Assembly (NCBI GenBank): GCA_020634625.1
Contig: JACKBJ010000002.1
Coordinates: 158,275-222,274, forward strand
Reading direction: 5' to 3'
Source: Caldilineae bacterium
GTDB lineage: Bacteria > Chloroflexota > Anaerolineae > Epilineales > Epilineaceae
Length of the DNA: 64,000 bases
Positions 59,840 to 64,000 of the stretch are shown here, in pieces. The position numbers were made by a program, and so were the translations under genes. The notes under the pieces are model-generated. The model saw nothing but the letters and a program-made list of their open reading frames with translations, was not told where the DNA came from and searched no databases. Positions within the stretch are counted from its first letter, which is position 1. Every line of letters starts with the position of its first letter.

Positions 59840-62296
59840 ATGCCGCTGCACATCCCCACCCAGCAGTCCCGATCGCGCCGGCGACTGGCGCCCTTCCTGG
59901 CGCTGGTCGCTCTCGGCGTCGGCTCGGTAGCCAGCTCGGTCGGCGCGCAGAACCCACCCGATCCCGAGCTCTTCGACACCGGCGTCCTGCGCGACTTCGA
60001 CATCGACTTCGACGCCGCCGATTGGCTGGCGCGGATCGAGCGGGGCGAGACGGTGACGGCCGACCTGCGGGTCGAGGGCGAGACCTATGCCGATGTGGGC
60101 ATCAGCGAGAAGGGGAACAGCTCGGCCCGGGTCTCGGGCGCCAAGCAGCCCATGAACGTCACCCTGGACGCGACGGTCAAGGGCCAGCGCCTGATGGGCT
60201 ACGACGTGATCAACCTCAACAACGGCTTCATGAACCCGACCTTCACCCGCGAGGTGCTGACCCTGCGCAGCCTGGCCGAGCACATGCCGATGCCCCAGGG
60301 CGCCTGGGCTCGCGTGAAGGTCGGCGGGGAGTACTTCGGCCTCTACGTGCTGGTCGAGCAGATCGAGGGCACCTTCCTCAAGCGTTGGTTCCGCGGCAAC
60401 GGTGGCTGGCTCTTTAAGGCCGACGCGCCGGATGGTGCCGGGGGACCGGTCGGACCGGGCCCGGGTCCGCGTCCCTTGGCCGAGCGGGCGACCCTGGGGG
60501 CGCCGGCGGCGCTCTCGGCCGGCTCGCTGGCCTTGACGCGACCGGCGGCCCTCGGAGCGGCCGTCGGCGGCCTCCGCTCCGGGCCGGCTCCGCTCGCGCC
60601 CGATCAGGGTGGCGGCGGCGGTTTTCGCTCGGCGCTGCAGTGGCAGGGCGAGGACCTGGCTGCCTACCAGGCCAGCTACGACCTCAAGTCGACCGCGACC
60701 GACGACGCGCCCTGGCAGGCCCTGCGCGAGCTGACGCGGGTGCTCGACGCCAGCGAGGCCGAAGGCGGCCCCAGCCCCGAGGCCTTCCCGGAGGCGATCC
60801 GCCAGGTGCTCGACGTGGATGGCGTGCTCTGGTACCTGGCCGGCATGAACCTCTTCACCAACTTCGACAGCTACTACTCCGGTCACAACTTCTACCTCTA
60901 CCGGGCCGAGGAGGACGGGCGCTGGCATGTCCTGGCCTGGGACGTCAACGAAGCCTTCGGGCTCTTTCCCGGCGCCGGCATCGATCCGAGCGACTCGACG
61001 GCCGTGGCACGGACCGATCCCTTTCTGATGGCCGAGGGCCAGTCGGCCGCCAGCCGGCCCTTGATCCGCAAGCTGCTGGCCGTGCCGGCCTTCCGGGCCG
61101 ACTACCTGGCCCACTACCGCACGCTGCGCGAGACGGTCTTCGAGCCGGTCGGCCTCGCGCAGCGCATCGCGGCCTATCAGGACCTGATCCGCGAGGCCGC
61201 CGAGACCGACCCCAACCGGCTCTATCCCTTCGATCTGTTCGCGCGGAACGTCGACGAGGACGTGCGCGCCAACGGCCGGGCGATTCCAGGCATCCTCGGC
61301 GTGGCCGAGGCGCGCCAGGCCTGGCTGGGTGCGCGGGCCGACCTTCAGGCGCCGGACCTGAGCCTGGCCGAGCGGCAGCTCCTGCCGGCCACCCCGGTCG
61401 CCGGCGAGCCGGCCGCGCTGCGCCTGCGGCTCGATGGGGCCGATCAGCCGCGCTCGCTGACCCTGGTCTATCGCGTGAACGACGGCGCGCCGCAGCGCGA
61501 GACCATGGCCATCGGGCGGGACGGCGATTGGCTGGCTTCGCTGCCGCTGCTCGACCGGGACGACCGGGTGAGCTACTTCGTCCGGGCCGAGCTGAGCGAC
61601 GGTCGGGCCGACTTCTTCCCGGCCTCCAACCTGCTGCACCCCTGGACCTATCGGGTGGCCGGCGCCAGCCTGCCCAACCAGCTGGGCGGGCCACTGGTCA
61701 TCAACGAGGTGCTGGCCGACAACGGCAGCATCCTGGCCGACCCCGCCGGCGAGTTCGACGATTGGGTCGAGCTCTACAACCGCGGCGACGTGCCGATCCA
61801 GCTGGCCGGCTACCACCTGTCGGACGATCCGGAGGACCCGCTGGCCTATGCGCTGCCCGAGCTGAGCCTGGCACCGGGCGGCCACTACCTGGTCTGGTGC
61901 GACAACGACCCCGACCAGGGGCCCGACCATGCCGGGTTCCGGCTGGCCAAGGGCGGCGAGACGCTGATCCTTTCGACCGAGACCGGCACCGTCGATCGGA
62001 TCGATTTCGGCGAGCAGACCACCGACGTCAGCCTGGCGCGCCTGCCGGACGGCGCCGAGCTCTGGCGCGATTGCCGCGAGCCCTCGCCGCTGGCGGTCAA
62101 CGCCTGCAGCGGCGAGCCGAGCGTGACGGTGATGCCCGGTCCGACCCCGAGCGCCGAGCCGACCGAGCCGGGCGGGACGCCGACCGAGCCGACCGCCACC
62201 CGCGAGCCCGGTCCGGGGCCGAGCGAGACCGCCGGGCCGACGACCTCGCCTGGCGGGCCGGGCCGGGTCTATCTGCCCGTCCTGCGACGAAGCTAG
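59840..62296 (+). CDS. CotH-family (atypical kinase fold) secreted protein with a C-terminal lamin-tail domain
   Basis: The CotH core is NNGFMNPTFTREVLTLRSLAEH...VGGEYFGLYVLVEQIEGTFLKRWF. The LTD is PLVINEVLADNG...DWVELYNRGD...GYHLSDD. A PT-rich tail follows. Confidence 0.8.
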   Translation: MPLHIPTQQSRSRRRLAPFLALVALGVGSVASSVGAQNPPDPELFDTGVLRDFDIDFDAADWLARIERGETVTADLRVEGETYADVGISEKGNSSARVSGAKQPMNVTLDATVKGQRLMGYDVINLNNGFMNPTFTREVLTLRSLAEHMPMPQGAWARVKVGGEYFGLYVLVEQIEGTFLKRWFRGNGGWLFKADAPDGAGGPVGPGPGPRPLAERATLGAPAALSAGSLALTRPAALGAAVGGLRSGPAPLAPDQGGGGGFRSALQWQGEDLAAYQASYDLKSTATDDAPWQALRELTRVLDASEAEGGPSPEAFPEAIRQVLDVDGVLWYLAGMNLFTNFDSYYSGHNFYLYRAEEDGRWHVLAWDVNEAFGLFPGAGIDPSDSTAVARTDPFLMAEGQSAASRPLIRKLLAVPAFRADYLAHYRTLRETVFEPVGLAQRIAAYQDLIREAAETDPNRLYPFDLFARNVDEDVRANGRAIPGILGVAEARQAWLGARADLQAPDLSLAERQLLPATPVAGEPAALRLRLDGADQPRSLTLVYRVNDGAPQRETMAIGRDGDWLASLPLLDRDDRVSYFVRAELSDGRADFFPASNLLHPWTYRVAGASLPNQLGGPLVINEVLADNGSILADPAGEFDDWVELYNRGDVPIQLAGYHLSDDPEDPLAYALPELSLAPGGHYLVWCDNDPDQGPDHAGFRLAKGGETLILSTETGTVDRIDFGEQTTDVSLARLPDGAELWRDCREPSPLAVNACSGEPSVTVMPGPTPSAEPTEPGGTPTEPTATREPGPGPSETAGPTTSPGGPGRVYLPVLRRS

Positions 62297-62394
62297 GGCC
62301 TGTCTGCAAGTCCGTTTCGAGCGAAGGCGAGCGACCCACGCAGCCAGACCGTTCAGCAGATGCGTGCAGCCGAGGGCGGGTCTGCGGTCATGCC

Positions 62395-63672
62395 CTAGGG
62401 GCGGCCCGGAGCGGTCGGGACGGCGCGCGTCTGCGAGGTCAGCGTGCCGAAGTCGCTGCCGGTGGGGCTCTGGAAGACCTTGAGGTCGAACTCGGGCACC
62501 GTCGCCAGCAGGTGGTCGAAGATGTCGGCCTGGATGGCCTCGTAGCGCTCCCAGACGGTCTCGGTGCAGAAGACGTAGACCTGGATCGGCAGGCCGAGCT
62601 CGGTGGGCGGGAGCTGCCGCACCAGGAACGACATCTCCGGGTCGATCATCGGATGCCGTCGCAGGTAGGCCGCGACGTAGGCCCGGAAGGTGCCGACGTT
62701 CGTCAGCCGGCGGCCGTTGATCGGCAGCGAGCCGGCTTCGAGCACCCCGTTGTGACGCGCGATCTCGTCGCGCTTGCGTTGCATGTACTCGGCCAGCAGG
62801 TCGATCCGGGCATAGCGCTCGACCATCGCTTCCGTGCAGAACCGGATCGAGTTGATGTCGAGGTGGATGGCGCGCATGATCCGGCGCCCTCCGCTCTCCG
62901 ACATGCCGCGCCAGTTCTTGAAGGACTCGCTGATGAGCGCGTGGGTTGGGACCATCGTGATCGTGTTGTCGAAGTTCCGGACTTTGACCGTCGTGAGGCC
63001 CACCTCGATGACGTCCCCGTCGGCGTCGTAGGAGGGCATCTCGATCCAGTCGCCTGGCGCCACCATCTCGTTCGAGACCAGGTGGATGCCGGCGACGAAG
63101 CCCAGGATCGGGTCCCTGAAGACCAGCATGAGCACCGCGCCCAGGGCGCCCAGGCCGGTCAGCAGGACCATCGGTGACTGGTCGAGCAGGATCGCGCCGA
63201 CGAGGAGCGCGCCGACCAGGGCGACGACCAGCTTGGCGGCCTGGATCGGGCCGCGGATCGGCATCTCGGCCTTCGCGTCCAGCATGGCGTAGATGTCGTA
63301 GGCGGCGCTGAGCAGCGCCTGGAGCACCCAGACGCCGATCATCACGACGGCCACCTCGACCGCGCTCCGCACGAAGGCGACGATCTCGCCCTGGCCATCG
63401 AGCAGCCACGGCGACAGCAGGTAGGCCGCCAGCGCGGGCGCGAGGTAGGACAGTCGGTGGATCACCCGGTGCGCGATCAGGGCATCGTCCCAGCGGATCG
63501 AGGATCGCTCGGCCCAGTGGATCAGCTGCGACAGGATGATTCGCGAGCACAGCAGATAGAGCAGGATGCTCGGCACGAGGACGGCCAGCACGCCGATCCA
63601 CGGCGTCAGCGCGACGGCGCTGGCGTCGCTCAGTCCGGCCGCCGTGAGCCACAAGCGAAAGGTGTCCGACAT
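62395..63672 (-). CDS. Mechanosensitive channel, MscS family (YbdG/MscM-like)
   Basis: N-terminal TM helices. The MscS core is LGFVAGIHLVSNEMVAPGDWIEMPSYDADGDVIEVGLTTVKVRNFDNTITMVPT. Confidence 0.85.
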   Translation of the reverse strand: MSDTFRLWLTAAGLSDASAVALTPWIGVLAVLVPSILLYLLCSRIILSQLIHWAERSSIRWDDALIAHRVIHRLSYLAPALAAYLLSPWLLDGQGEIVAFVRSAVEVAVVMIGVWVLQALLSAAYDIYAMLDAKAEMPIRGPIQAAKLVVALVGALLVGAILLDQSPMVLLTGLGALGAVLMLVFRDPILGFVAGIHLVSNEMVAPGDWIEMPSYDADGDVIEVGLTTVKVRNFDNTITMVPTHALISESFKNWRGMSESGGRRIMRAIHLDINSIRFCTEAMVERYARIDLLAEYMQRKRDEIARHNGVLEAGSLPINGRRLTNVGTFRAYVAAYLRRHPMIDPEMSFLVRQLPPTELGLPIQVYVFCTETVWERYEAIQADIFDHLLATVPEFDLKVFQSPTGSDFGTLTSQTRAVPTAPGRP

Positions 63673-63731
63673 GACCGACTCCTGGTGGACGTTGGACGGT
63701 AGGTCGCGAACGACGCCGGCGGGTCCGGCGC

Positions 63732-63977
63732 TCAGCCGTCCGCGGCGATCAGCTGCCAGCGATCGCTGGCAGGGTCGTAGCGCAGGTCGATCTCGCGCTC
63801 CTCGCGTCGGGCGGCCACCTGCAGGCTGTAGTTGAAGTCCATCATGTGCAGCCGCAGCTGCGGGCCGGCACCGAAGCGCAGGCGGCGCGGCGTCGCGAGC
63901 CCGCCGCGCACCTGATCGGCCAACGAGAGCTCCAGGCGCGGCGCACCGACGAAGGCGCCCGTCGCGTCCAGCGCCAC
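63732..63977 (-). CDS. Small hypothetical ORF; possibly the C-terminal part of a gene that extends beyond the window
   Basis: No recognisable motif; codon usage was not assessed. Confidence 0.2.
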   Translation of the reverse strand: MALDATGAFVGAPRLELSLADQVRGGLATPRRLRFGAGPQLRLHMMDFNYSLQVAARREEREIDLRYDPASDRWQLIAADG

Positions 63978-64000
63978 GCTGTGCAGCTCGGGGCTGCGGG

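Noticed and set aside
53039-63652. 3537-aa ORF on the minus strand spanning the A2M, CotH and MscS regions
   Set aside because: It is antisense or out of frame relative to three motif-supported genes, and the translation is Arg/Gly/Pro/Ala-rich junk. The absence of stops is an artifact of GC-rich codon positions.

Overview
This is a very GC-rich (about 70%+) bacterial chromosomal window with dense, mostly short-intergenic coding on both strands. Most long ORFs in the six-frame track are antisense or out-of-frame shadows caused by the GC content; the real genes were picked out by recognisable protein motifs. Identified housekeeping genes are tpiA, RNase J, metK, mtnA, gcvT, ftsK, yebC, ruvC, an EF-G paralog, a Sua5/TsaC-type enzyme, an HtrA protease and tRNA-Ala(CGC). 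Around these sits an accessory set of secreted and envelope proteins: a giant NHL/double-vWA protein, a DUF4397-like repeat protein, a GH88/105 hydrolase, three glutaminyl-cyclase domains, an M23 peptidase with a dockerin, a cohesin-like protein, a thioester-less alpha-2-macroglobulin lipoprotein, CotH with a lamin-tail domain, and two MscS channels. The most notable observations are: (1) an AhpD/CMD-family gene read through an in-frame TGA exactly at the second Cys of its CxxC motif (a selenocysteine candidate, CxxU), with a small GGUC-looped hairpin downstream, sitting in a tight four-gene operon of lipoprotein QC, double-QC, the Sec-AhpD and a TauD dioxygenase; (2) a clear SAM-I (S-box) riboswitch with an intrinsic terminator in front of a minus-strand operon of mtnA-like isomerase, PfkB kinase and metK; (3) 594-bp near-identical tandem repeats inside the DUF4397-like gene; (4) a 28-bp perfect inverted repeat enclosing a G-run-rich 91-nt spacer in the leader of the Sua5-like gene; (5) an orphan pair of highly divergent NuoL/M/N-like (PF00361) membrane proteins. 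No CRISPR array, transposase or integrase was seen.
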